Assembly: GCA_001643675.2 (NCBI GenBank)
Contig: LSRY02000033.1
Span: 806,001 to 870,000 of the forward strand
Length of the DNA stretch: 64,000 bases
Origin: Monocercomonoides exilis PA203
Taxonomy: Eukaryota; Protista; Preaxostyla
Reading direction: 5' to 3'
Position numbers and translations under genes: made by a program. Below are positions 26,727 through 38,900 of the stretch, in pieces; position 1 is the first letter of the stretch, and every line of letters begins with the position of its first letter. Below the pieces are notes generated by a model, which was given only the letters and a program-made list of their open reading frames with translations, did no database searches and was not told the DNA's origin.

Positions 26727-27321
26727 TTTAGAAAAATAAAACAATAAAAATCTTTAATTGACCAAGCGGTGGAAGAATTATACAAAATGTCTGATCTTAA
26801 CAGGAAAAAGTGGAATAAAAATTTTGCCCATTATTCTAAAAATTCATCTTTCTTCTCAAAAAATTATTTAAAAGTGCAATTATCTTTATTATATTCATAG
26901 CCTCAATAGCTTTATGTTAAAAACAAAGTCATACATATAATGTACATTAAATATTATTTATTGAATGATAAATTAAGAACAAGCATTCATTCATAAAACA
27001 GTTCACTTCGCAATTGCAAAGATTGAATTTCTGAAACAAAACAAAATAGCTTATCAACGTGGAATGGATAACTATCTTGTGACAGCATAATGTTTGAAAC
27101 AGATGAAAAATGCAAAAAAGAAAGAAATGTTCATACCCATATAATAAATGAAGATATTTATAAATAAACAGGCATAATCAAAACTTAGGATTTGCTGCAG
27201 TTAAAAAGGAGACACAACAAAACTTAAAAGGAAAAAGGAAAAAGGAAAAGGCTGAACAATAAAACAGCACAATCCAATTTAATATTGTATAAAGGCGTTG
27301 AGATAAATTATAAATGGTAAT

Positions 27322-28903
27322 CTATTCACAAAATGGATGGAACGGGGCAGCAGATCCTCCAAAACGCATAGCAAAAGACTGAAGTTTCTCCGGATGAAGA
27401 GAATGATATGCCCGGCAAGCAGACAGCCAGGAGAGCCTGTGATAGAGCCTCTCTTCCCGGCGGATCGTATACGGTTCCTGCGCTGTGGCCGAAGAAGGCG
27501 CAGCTGTCTGCGATTTTTCTTTGTCTTTTTCGCTTTCTTTTGATTTCTCACTGGAAGAAGAAGAAGATGATGATGATGATGATGAAGCTGAAGGTTCACT
27601 TGCAATTTTTGCTTGCTCGGTTGATGAAGAAGAGCCAGATGACTTTGACGAAGGCGAAGTAGCAGAGGCTGAAGAAGGCAAAGGTGCAGATTGTGTTTGG
27701 GCAGAGTTGTGGGAATGTGCATGGGAAGAAGACTGAGGCGTTGCCGAGGAAGAAGAAGATGGTGCAGGAGGTGCTGCTGGCAATTGCACTTTCGTCTCGA
27801 TGATTACTCGTGTTATTCCCACAACTGGGCAGCGGTTAAGTATTGAGAAAAATTCTGTCTCATCAACAGTCGGGAAGATGTTGTGCAGCATAATAAGGCT
27901 GTACTCCTCCGCTGTGATTGTTGGAAGAGTCAGAGAGGCCGACGAAGATGTGGCTGAAGAAGATGACATTGATGCAGATGTTGGTAAAAATGGTGTGAGT
28001 GGGGTTGTCGAATAAGAAATTGTTGAGGATGACGGTGATGAAATGGTATACATTGCTCGTCGTGCTTTATTTCCAAATACCCTTGCTTCCAAATTCATTA
28101 AAGCTCTGAAAAATGGCTATATCATTAAATGAATTCAAAATAAACGAGAAATTAAATCATTTTTCAATTTATAAAAATGCAAACAACAATCGGAGATGCA
28201 ATCGGATGACGCGAAGAAAGACGAGTCCAAGCTTCACGCAAAGTCATTTTATGATATTCTATCATATGTGCTAATACAATAGTTGAAGAGCGAGACATTC
28301 CTGCGCGACAATGAACTAAAGCTGTTCCTCCTTTATCCATGCATTCTTTAAGGTACTGAGAATTATTTGTGAACGCATTGATAAAAGCAATAAAATAATG
28401 AATAAATTAAAGTTAACAAACTTTGAGTGGTTCTGGCCATGCTTTTTCAAATCCATCTACAGCAGCTGCAGAGTCAACGATCGGAATCTTTTGGGTAAGC
28501 ATTGAAAAAAAGTTGAATGTAAAAGATATTCATATTAAACTTTATCAAACCCACATCCGTTGCATTGGAGGTGGTAGTGGTTCTGTTTGACGTGTTTTAA
28601 TTACAGATAAAACATGAGTAATTCCAAGTTCCTAAAAAGCATAATAATTGTCAAAACATTGAAAATTATTGTATTAAATTTTTCGCGTAATTAAAGCAAC
28701 ATCACTTTTAAGTGTTTGACATCTGCAGTTCCTTCAATGTTTGAAATCCATAATTTTCCTGGAATAATCTCTGAAACAATCGGTTTGCAAGGTATAGTTT
28801 GTGTTAAACTATGCCTGGACCATGGAACTGCTTGAGCTTTTGGGGCAGGCTCTCGTGAAATTGTGTCTTCGTGAGAGCGACGTTTTTTAACTTCTGTTGC
28901 CAT
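27322..28903 (-). CDS. Dual-specificity protein phosphatase with Ser-rich C-terminal extension; multi-exon
   Basis: SEIIPGKLWIS and LGITHVLSV, plus the catalytic loop LVHCRAGMSRSSTIVLAHMI read on the minus strand at ~28260-28320. Confidence 0.9.
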
Positions 28904-28980
28904 AAAGGAAAAAACACGTCACAAAAAATGGCTATTTGATCTGAAGATCACTTATTCTTTTTTTCAACCTCGTCTTCCTC

Positions 28981-31900
28981 ATGCAATTAGTCTTTCATTT
29001 CACTTTACTTATTGTCATCAATATTTTATCAAAAGATACTGATCCACAGGATAAGAAACTTCTCACAGGTTTTGGAAAAAGCCCGGCAGGAGGATCACCT
29101 CCTTCTCCTCGTCAAAATGCAGTTCTAATTCGACCAACTTTTGCTGGAAGTCCCAGTAATTTATTTTATTGTTTTTCTGGTCTTGATGCAAAAAAGCAAT
29201 ATTTACAAGATGTTATGAGCTTTTTCTATACTACAGGCTCAATGGATTGGCGCCCCGTTGAAATAAACGGTATTCACCATACACCACAAAGAGTGGAATA
29301 CTGTTATTACATTGACAATACAGATTTTGTAATTTGGGGCGGAATGGGTCCAGATGGGTTTTATGACGACATGTGGGCTTTTAACATGCAAACAAAAGTT
29401 TGGTCCGAGGTTTTCCAAAGTCATGAACGACCTTCTGCTCGACAAGCAGCTCATTTTTGTCAAGATGGTGAATTCTTTTATATTTTTGGAGGAAGAACAA
29501 ATGACGGAAAAACAAATGATGCATGGAAGTTTCATATTCCAACTCGTGTTTGGACGAAATTACTTGATGAAGTGGATATAAAAGCACATAAAAATGCACC
29601 AGCTACAAGATCAGGTGGAGGAGCTTTTGCGTCAGGAGCATATTTGTACATCTTTGGGGGATATACCTCAAAATCCGATCAGTCGCAGAATGTTTATAGA
29701 CTTCCTGTAAATAGTCCTACGGAAAACGATTGGAAGGAACTTCCTCTTGTAAAGAGAGGAACTTCTGAAAAAGCTGATATTGTGCCACGAACTGAAGCAG
29801 GAATTTGTTGGATTGGAAAGCAGGTATATCTTTATGGAGGTCTTCATGAAGAAACTACATGGTCAGAAATGGCCAATGACGTAATCGTATTAGACTTCAC
29901 TAAAAATGTGGATAATGCAGGATTAACAACTGTCGACGTCGTTTCGTATCCTTTCCCTGAGAAAAAATATCAAGTGAGAGCTTGTGGATTTGTTGTTTGT
30001 GACGAAGAAGAGAAGAGTAAAAGTGGTGCAAATGCCATCGTCTCTCGAAGAGGTTTTGCGTTTGGAGGAACGTGCAATGGGGATATGCTTGGAGGAATGA
30101 TTCGAATTACTTTGGATGCGAACGATGTTGCAGACAAAGTGACAGAATGGGTGCAGGTTTCAAAGGCCGTCGATAATATTCCATCACCTCGTGCACTTCA
30201 TGGAGTTGTTGGTGCTTTGGGAAAATTATGGGTTTATGGAGGTCAAGGAACTGGGGGTACTGTACTCAATGACTTGTACTCATACGATATTTCAAGTGGA
30301 GAATGGAAGCGAGAAGAGGCAACCGCAAAAGATACTGAAAAGCCTCCGGCATTGTACGATTTTGGCATGTGCGAGCATTCAGGAAGACTGTTTATTTTTG
30401 GTGGAGTTGGCGTTGATCTGGAATCTGGTCAGCGAGAAGTGAAAAATGATCTGTGGCAATATTCAATTGCTCAACATAAATGGTCAAAGATGAAACCTTT
30501 ATCAGCCTTGAAGCCTTTGGGAAGATCAGGCTGCTTCACAAAAATTTTACACAAGAACCTATTTGTCTTTGGAGGCAGAATGAGCGACACTTCGGTGACA
30601 AATGAAATTTGGGTATTTTCTTTGATGACAATGCGCTGGCGTTGTGTCAGCACTCGCTACAGAGCACAGCTCCACACGGATATCAACAAAATATTTGAGA
30701 AGGGAGAATTTGATAAATCAGAGTGGCAGAGTGTTGAGATGATGAAGACCAGAGAAAGAATGGGTGAGTACATCAAAAAACAGAGCGAGCCTGGAAATGT
30801 TATTAAGTCGAACATGGAAAGGCTATCGGCTGAGTCGGGTGCGTCGGTTAATGAATTTGGCGGAGTGCCGCCATACATTCTTGAGAAAAGGGAATTGATG
30901 GCCATTCATTCAAAGGAAATAAAATTTGATAGAGACGGAAAACATTACGAGGTTGATCAAGTGATTATTGGTGGAGGTGTTTATGAGTCACGAGAATCAA
31001 GTGTCACATTAGACTATTTGATTCTCCCATCTGTCGATGATATGAAAGAGCTGGGTGCAAGGCAGATCAATCCGGATACTGGTGCTGTTTTGAATGGTGG
31101 TGCTGAAGCTGGTGAGATGTCTAATTCCATTTCTGTTCGAAGACAGCCAATTGGAATCAAGAAAATGCCTCGAACATCATCTGACGTTGTGAACGATAAT
31201 GAGAAGCTTGAGTTTCTGATGTTTTATGGTGATCCATTACCTCGTGTCCCTTATCCAGGCACCAAGCAGGATCAGTACGACAACTTGCCAATATACTATC
31301 GTTCATACACTGTTGCTGTAGAGGACGGATTTCTGTCGTATTCTGGACTGGATATTGACAATGCCAAGAACAGAGTGAATCATTGGATGATTACAAATCT
31401 AAGTGGACCTGTTTTCGAATTTCACGAAGCTAAAAAGGATCTTCTGTCGATGAGCGGAGGAGGCGCCGCATATTACAAGAGTAATGTGTATTGCTTCGGT
31501 GGAAATATCATTGGGAATAAGCTCCCGTGTGACAACCAGTACCACAACCAGCTGTTTATTCTCAATATGATTAAAAACTTTTCTTGCTCTCCTGGAACCA
31601 AAAAAATTCAAACTCTGACAGCGAACAAAGGAAGTATTGTGAATGGTGCTTTATCTGTTGACAGTCACAAAGCTCCTTCCAAGATCTCATCGCTCGTTGA
31701 GCGAGAGTATCTTTATAGACAGCTTCATAATTCTGACAAGCGCGTATTATCTTCCTTGTGGGTATGGGACAGTACACGCCGTTACACAAAATATTCTGAC
31801 TTTGCGGAAATTCCTCCTCACTTGGCTTTTTCTACTTCTTCTGATTCTTCTTCCACTTCGCACGGAAATGTCGATCTTCACTGGGATAATGCCGAAACAG

Positions 31901-33588
31901 AATTTTGTGTTTTCTGTGATGTTGGAATGTTTGCAAAGAAATATAATTCACCTGAATGCACAGGATGCAATCCTGGATCTTACAATGCATACAAAGGAGG
32001 GTTATCTGGATATCATTGCGTCGCGTGTCCAGCTAATACCTATAACGATAAAAGTGCTCAGCCTGGCTGTACAGCATGTCCCGAAGGCAGCTATTGCCCT
32101 GTTGGTTCAATGACTACAACGACGGTCAAACAAGAAACTGAAGGACTGAAAGACGATCAGCCTCCGATGTATGAGACAAATGACAAATACTCCACCTTTA
32201 TTACACTTGGATGTTATTTGGGTGGTGCTATTGTTGGAAGTACAATTGCTATCATTTGCGTGTGCCTGCCAACAAAGAGTTATTTACATAAGGCAGATCT
32301 GTTTTCTGATAGACATTCAAATAAGCTTGATCCAATTACGAACACAGCACCAAAAGTACTGAAAAAGAGTCGAATTGGAGGATTTGTTGCCATCATGTTC
32401 CTTGGATTTGCCGTATGTGCTGCAGTGTCTGTCGTGGTCGAGTTCTTCTGGAATAATGTGACTGAAACCAAATCTGTAATTGCAGCAGCAATGGAGCCGA
32501 ATTTGGATCTAACTTCTATAACTGTGAGATCCTTTGCTGCTGAGATTGAGTTGAAAGACTATTGCGGTGAGTGTGTTGCTGGTATTGCACTGGAGGATGT
32601 GAATGTGACAACAGGGTGGGGAGATTGTCATCAAAAGTTTTCCACTTCAACTCAGAATTTGGATTCTGTAGGTATGTTAATATGTGTAATAATCATTATT
32701 TTTGTCTAATATTTTCGAAATGTATATTAAACGTTTTTTTATTTATTGATTAATTTATTTGATTCATATTTTTCTTGATTTTGATTTTATATATTTTCTA
32801 TTTTCTCAGTGATTGACCAAAAAACAAAAGCTAAAACACGCCATAAGCTGGTGACTAAGTGCATGCAGAAGCCGTCGGTGAATCAATTTCTCAACCCAGT
32901 TAAAAGTTGCATTGTTCGTGTCGAAGGTAAAAATGTGGAGTTTGCATTCGATAAAAGTGGAGGAAAGCCAACACTCAGCATATCAACTTATACAGAAAAA
33001 GCCCATTCATACTCTATTGTTGCAAAGGCATCTGTAGATACGGGCATTGGGTTTGGATGGAAAGGAAAGAAAGCTGACGAGCCAAAGCGAATGTCTGCGC
33101 GTACTCTTGTTGCTTTGTCTCCTGAAAAGCATCCATTTAAAGGAGCAGAGAGTACTGTATTCTCCTATGAAGTGATGCCTTCGTTGTTTACCTTCCCAAA
33201 TGACACAAGGACAGAGGGATATCAAATTGTTGCCTCAACCATAAAAAGAGGAACAACTGCTGCTGAAGATGAAATGAACGTGAAGTATGGACTTAGTGCT
33301 TCAATACAATTTACTCAAGATATGTCTGTACTGCTCACTAACTGGGTGGATCGAATGAAAATTGGAACTTTCTTCGCAAACTTAATGTCAACAGTTACAG
33401 GATTTATGGGTATTTTCGGTTCTATTGTCATGGTATTAGAAGTTGTCTCAACAATGAAATTGCCATGTGCAAACAAGGTTAAAGAAAGCATGTTTGGAAA
33501 ATTAAAAGACGATGATGAAGAGACGGTTATGCGAAGACATGGAATGTATGCCCCTGTGAAAGAGCCTATTTCAAATGCTGAAGAATAG
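28981..33588 (+). CDS. Membrane protein with signal peptide, Kelch beta-propellers, Cys-rich (GCC2/GCC3, ephrin-receptor-like) repeats and 3 TM helices; exons 28981-32671, 32810-33588
   Basis: Hydrophobic N-terminus, many Kelch motifs (YIFGG, VYGG, FVFGG, NDLWQY), Cys repeats (CVACPANTYND, CTACPEGSYC) and TM segments. The GTATGT...CAG intron joins the two ORFs in frame. Confidence 0.85.
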
Positions 33589-34194
33589 TTATTCATCTCA
33601 AGTGATCACAGAATTTACAAGTCATCATCATATCTTTAATTTAAACTTCTAGTCCGAGATTTATTACACAACACATTAAACCTACTTCTTTCTGTAAAAC
33701 TCATTTGTCTTGTGCACTTCCACCAATCTGAATTGAGAATGGTTGCACTTCTTTTTAATTTTATGATATTTATTTTTCGAAATATTTAACAAAAAAATTT
33801 TTTTCGAATTTCTTTCTGTATATGAAAGTGTGAGAATTTTTCAACTTTATTTTATTTACAATACATTCTTTGAAAACATTTTATTAATTTTTATTAAATA
33901 TAATGTGTTATTAAAGAGATATGGAAATTTAAAATTTTTTGTCTTTCTTTGATTAAATTGCAAACTTTTTGATCTTTTCAAAGATCGGGAAACAAGATTT
34001 TTTCAATCATTGCACAAAAGTATTTTCTCTGCAAATAGGAACAGCTTTTTTTTTTAATGCAAAATAAGTTAAAATTAGTTTTTATAATTAAACAAGAAGT
34101 CTGTGGCCTTAAAACAAATATTTGCAAAAACCCTAAGGTTGTCTAATAAACTGTGTTATAATTTTTGAAATCTAGCAAATGTTCAGTTTTCATA

Positions 34195-34616
34195 TGGGTA
34201 ATTCTTTTTGAAAAGTCGCAAATGTTTAATTTTCAAATAAATCAAAAATTTAATATTTTGTTCAATTTTCTGTTCACACTCACGAATCTTCTTTAGAATG
34301 AATGAAATGGCATTATCAAGCTATGGATTCCATATGGGGCAAAATTTTAGCAATAATGAAAAAAACTGAGAATTGTTCCAAACTTTTTCTGCAATCATTT
34401 CATTATAAATCAATCGATACAATGCAAATAATTACAGAAAAATTCAAAAATTGAGAAAAATATTTGAAAGAGAAGAATGGAACAAAATTCATAAAGCAAA
34501 AAATTTTGCCCCATATTAGTGAAGTTTAGTTTGTGTTAATAAAAATCTTAGCAATATGTTAAATTTTTGATTTATTTGAAAATATTACATTTGCGACTTT
34601 TCAAAAAGAATAATTT
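34195..34616. mobile_element. Degenerate MITE-like element with ~56-bp inverted repeats (34201-34256 / 34555-34610), containing a nested element
   Basis: ATTCTTTTTGAAAAGTCGCAAATGT...TTTTCAAATAAATCAAAAATTTAA is mirrored by its reverse complement at 34555-34610. The left end begins TGGGTAATTCTTTTTGAAA. Confidence 0.6.
34335..34513. mobile_element. MITE-like family B, copy 1 (~180 bp)
   Basis: Perfect 17-bp inverted repeat ATATGGGGCAAAATTTT / AAAATTTTGCCCCATAT. A homologous copy lies at 58999-59179. Confidence 0.7.
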
Positions 34617-34690
34617 ATTTATGAATATTCAAGCAAATGAAAAACCAGAAATTTTGTCGGATAAAATTAGACTTCGAAAATAATCACCTA

Positions 34691-34814
34691 TATTTTGATC
34701 GAAATTATGTTCTCGCTCATGAAATTTCACTGAAATGGAAATAAAAGTATCATTGAGAACTTATTTCCAATTCTTTGAAATTTCACGAGTGAGAACGAAA
34801 ATCTGATCAAAATA
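34691..34814. repeat. Imperfect ~125-bp palindrome/hairpin
   Basis: TATTTTGATC..GTTCTCGCTCATGAAATTTCA pairs with TGAAATTTCACGAGTGAGAAC..GATCAAAATA, and there is an inner TGGAAATAA/TTATTTCCA pair. Confidence 0.7.
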
Positions 34815-34823
34815 CGAAATTTT

Positions 34824-34825
<2 letters not shown>

Positions 34826-34866
<41 letters not shown>
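34826..34866. repeat. Poly(T) tract, 41 nt
   Basis: Directly visible homopolymer. Confidence 0.95.
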
Positions 34867-34868
<2 letters not shown>

Positions 34869-34986
34869 TGACCGACAGCAACAAAAAATGGCAAGTCGTG
34901 TCGCACAGATCTAAATTATTATTAATAGAAATATTTTCACTTCTGGAAATTTTAAAAAAAAAGAAAAATTTTTTGGTAAATAAACA

Positions 34987-35260
34987 TTTGGGAGAAAATA
35001 CTAATTTTCAAGCTTTTTTTGCACAAGGCATTGAAAAATTGCTTCACTCATAACTTTATTTATCTTTCTCAAATTTCTATATTTATTTGATTTTCATATC
35101 CGTAAACAGGCGTCGTTGAAATCAAATCATAAAGTGTGGTGGCATTTCACGAATGTCAAAAAAAGAACACATTTTTATTGTGTTTTTTACACTCAAAAAG
35201 TCAATGAAAAATGCATAATTTTTCAATAAAAATGCCTGAAGTGAAATATTTCACCCCAAA
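34987..35260. mobile_element. MITE-like family A, copy 1 (~275 bp)
   Basis: Termini TTTGGGAGAAAATA...TATTTCACCCCAAA. It aligns end to end with 57898-58169, including an identical ATTTGATTTTCATATCCGTAAACA. Confidence 0.72.
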
Positions 35261-35963
35261 TCATCACTTTTAAAAATTTCAAAAATAAGAATCAGAAAAA
35301 CAATTTTTTTTTCGATTTTCATATTATTTTTGTACCAAAATTGAAAAAATTTGTTAATAAAAAGACACTTATCGGTAGTTCCAAAATATCAAATTTCTCA
35401 TGATTATGAATTGCTATTCCATTTCTCTAATAAAAATTGCCAAGAACAGCGCGATAATCTCAAAGAAATTCAAAAGAGCCTTTTCAAAACACTCTGTTTA
35501 TCGACGTTTGAAGAAATAATTCAATATACATATTAAAGAGATACAAATATAGAAAATTAAACTGGAAAACGTTTAGACTAACAAAAACAAAAAATTGAAG
35601 TATATTTTGTTTAGAAAAAAAAATTAAATTAAAAAAATAAAAACAGCTGAAAGAAAAATTAACACATCGCAAATACATTTTCAAAATTTATATCACAAAA
35701 AAGACAAATGAACTTAAACAAAGAAGAAAAAGAATCTTACATAAAGATGAATACATGCAAATATAATTATTTGCGTTGCTGATAAAATCACTGTTAAATC
35801 ACGAATGCCATTGGAATAAACATTAACTCATCACTTGTGTGTTGTCCATCGCAAACAAAATGGTGCTCAAATAATAAAAAATATTTAATATGATAATAAA
35901 AATAATAAAAACATTGATAATAATGAAATATAAATCTAACTCCTATGTGCTGTTGTCACAAAT

Positions 35964-38900
35964 CTACACATTCCTTTTCGCTTCCACAGCAACCTGCTGC
36001 TTAACAGAAGCATTCTTCATCCGCAGCGGGGGAAGTCTTCCTTTTGGCTGAGAAAGAGAAGAAATAGTGCAACGTGAAGCAGGAAAATGAGAAGAATGAG
36101 TCGATGAATGGGAAGACGGTGAAGTAGCCGGACTCGACGTGCTTGCTGCTGCCATCGCAGCTGTTGAGGAAGACAAAGACACGCCCTGAGGAGAGGTGAA
36201 TGAAATAGAAGAACGCAAGGAAGGAGAAGTGCATTGGCTATGCTGCTTTCCCAAGGAAGGCAGAATCGCCGGTGGGAGCCCAAGAGTCGTCGAAGATGAC
36301 GTAGCAGACGGTGAGAGAGATGGCAGCGTCGACTGCTTCACCTTTTGAGATGGAGGTGTCTGAGTCAGAGAAGGTGTCAAGGAGTTATTTGGTGGTGTTG
36401 GTGGGTGTTTGTGTGTTGAAGTGGAATGCAACGGCGGACGAGTTATCGGCTTCTCTGTGTTCAGCCTGTCTGCCCCTGGCTTGTCTGTGGTGCTTCCTGC
36501 CAAGTTCAAGAAAAAGGAAGAGGACGACTGCTGAATAGATGGAAGTGCCTTGTGTGTGCTTGAAACAGGGAAAGTGGCTGTTGATTGATACAAAGTGGAT
36601 GAGGCTGACGAGTGGAGCGATGCAGTTGATGATTTTTGCTTTGCTTTGGTCTTTGACCTGCGCTTTGGAGCAGATGGGGTGTCTGGTGAAGATGGCGATG
36701 TTGAGGATGGAGAAGAAGCATGGTGTCCAGTTGTATTGCTTTGTGCCTTTCCAATCCCACTTGGCATCGGAACAAAGCCAAGAGACGAATGAGAAGCCGA
36801 AGGAGTTGACATTTGCCAAGCAGCTGTCTTTGCCGGAGAAGCTGTTTTAGATTTGGGTCTCAAATATTTCTTGTGGTTTGCGGAAAGCTGCATATTTTTT
36901 GCAGGCGGGGAAGGAGACAATGCTGGTGTGGTTGGGGCAGACGAGTTTGTGGGGCTCAGATTGAGATGCATAATCAAGGGAGTCGTGGTAGGGGCACAGC
37001 CAGAGGCAGAAATCGGATACACAGCAGTGTCTGTGACTGATGTAGTCATTGACGATGTTGCTATGTCAGTGGGAGACGCAATTGTTCTAACCATTGGCTT
37101 TCGTGTGTTATTGCTTTGTTTGGCCTTCCACGATGTGGAAGAGTTTAAAGAATTCAATGAATCCTTCTTTTTGCTGATGTGCAGTTGTTCTAAGCTCTCT
37201 GTCACTGTTTCTGGTTTGTGCTCATTCATTGTTGCATTTCTGCTCTTGTTAAATGAATCTTCCTGATTCTTTGCTTTGATGCGCTTTCCACTGGTGTTTC
37301 CTTTGTCTTCTGCTTTTTCTCTGCTCTTTGTGGGCTTTCGTGTGATTGTCTTTGACATGTTCTTACTCTCCTTTTGTTGAACCTCTTTTGCAGCTTTTTC
37401 CTTCTCTTCTTTGCATTCCTGCCTCCACTTTCTGAATAAACTGAGCTGCTCTTCAATTGGAATCTTTGAAAAAATGCATTGGAAATCAGAAGCATTTGAA
37501 CTTGATGTAGCTTCTGCCGTGTTGCCAGAAGAATAAGAGCACATCTGAACTTGATTGTTCTGCTTCATATTGATTTTGGCAAAAAGACAGTTTGCGGCTG
37601 TTGTTGGTTCACAAGAGTGTGTTGCATGATTGTCAGCATTATTCTCTTTTGCATACTTCTGCAGCATTTCCTTCCTCCAGCTGAGCATCTTCTTCATCAT
37701 CTGCATTTTGTCCTTTCTTTCATTCGCCCCACTCTTCTTGTCACTTCCAGCTCCACTTTCAGAACAAGTCTGCTTCGAACTCTGTTGTGTTTCTGTGCAG
37801 TTGCTGTTATTCTCGCTGTGCTTGTGATGGTTTCTGGATGTGGCTGGGCTGGAGAAGGAGCCAACAGACGACAAGCACAGTGCAGACGGGTATTGTGCAG
37901 AAGGAGAGTGGAGTGTGGCTGCCATGTCGTCGTCAAACAGCATCGATCTCGACTCAGACGGAGGCAGATGCATCAGAAAATGGTTGGGCGACAAGGGTGT
38001 TGGAGGCAGATCTTCTGAATGAGGGTTTGAATATCCATCAGACGAATGGTCGTCCTGCGAGTGGGCAGCAGAAGGGACAGTGGAAAGAGAAGTGGGCGTG
38101 GCAGAGGACGAGTGTGGGAGCGATGTGGGTGTGCGGATGGAAAAACCAGGTGACTGGGGAGAATCCAGATGGGGTGTGAGGGAGAGTGTGGGAGTGGTGA
38201 AAGAATGCTGCGAAGTGCAAGGTGTCATCAGAGGCGTTGGGAGCAGGTCAAATGGCGACGAGGCATCGCTTCTGTCGCTCCTCTGGCCATTTGGCGAGAT
38301 CAGAGACTTGCCCTGTTTGTGTGTGGGAGTGCGCCTCCCTTCATTCTGCCTTGGCGACTGTGCAGCAGACGACTTCTCTGAATGCTGTGTGGATTCTGCC
38401 TCATTCACATCACTTGTATTACTCTTGCTGGCTGTTGATGGTTTCATTTCATCACATTCGCTGCTGATTGACCCAAAGCCACTTATTCGCAGGAGTTCTT
38501 CGTCGAGTGGCTCGGAATAGGATTTGGTGAGCCACGGGTGCACAATGGCCTCTTCCAGTGTCATTCGGGTGTCTGGATTCTTGTCTAGCAAAAGAGAAAG
38601 GAAATCGATGAGAAGAGGAGATGTTGGGTGAAGTGTAGTGGAAGCTTCAGTTGCATCTGTTGGAGACGAAGAGGGTGGAGGAGAGGAAGATGAAGATTTC
38701 GAAGAAGATAAATGATTTGTTTCATCTGAGTGTGTGCTGGCTTCAGTATTGGATTGACCTTCTGCTTTACCTTCTTCAACCCACTCGTCGTTCTCTATCA
38801 TCTGAGGAAACGAGACAGGCTTCTTCATAATGTCATCAAACAGCCCCACATCGCTCTCATTCTCAAAGGGCACACAGCCAAAGCAGAAGCAGTAGAGCGT

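Noticed and set aside
34195-35260. CRISPR array or prokaryotic REP cluster
   Set aside because: No regularly spaced direct repeats with unique spacers, no cas genes, and a eukaryotic intron-containing context.
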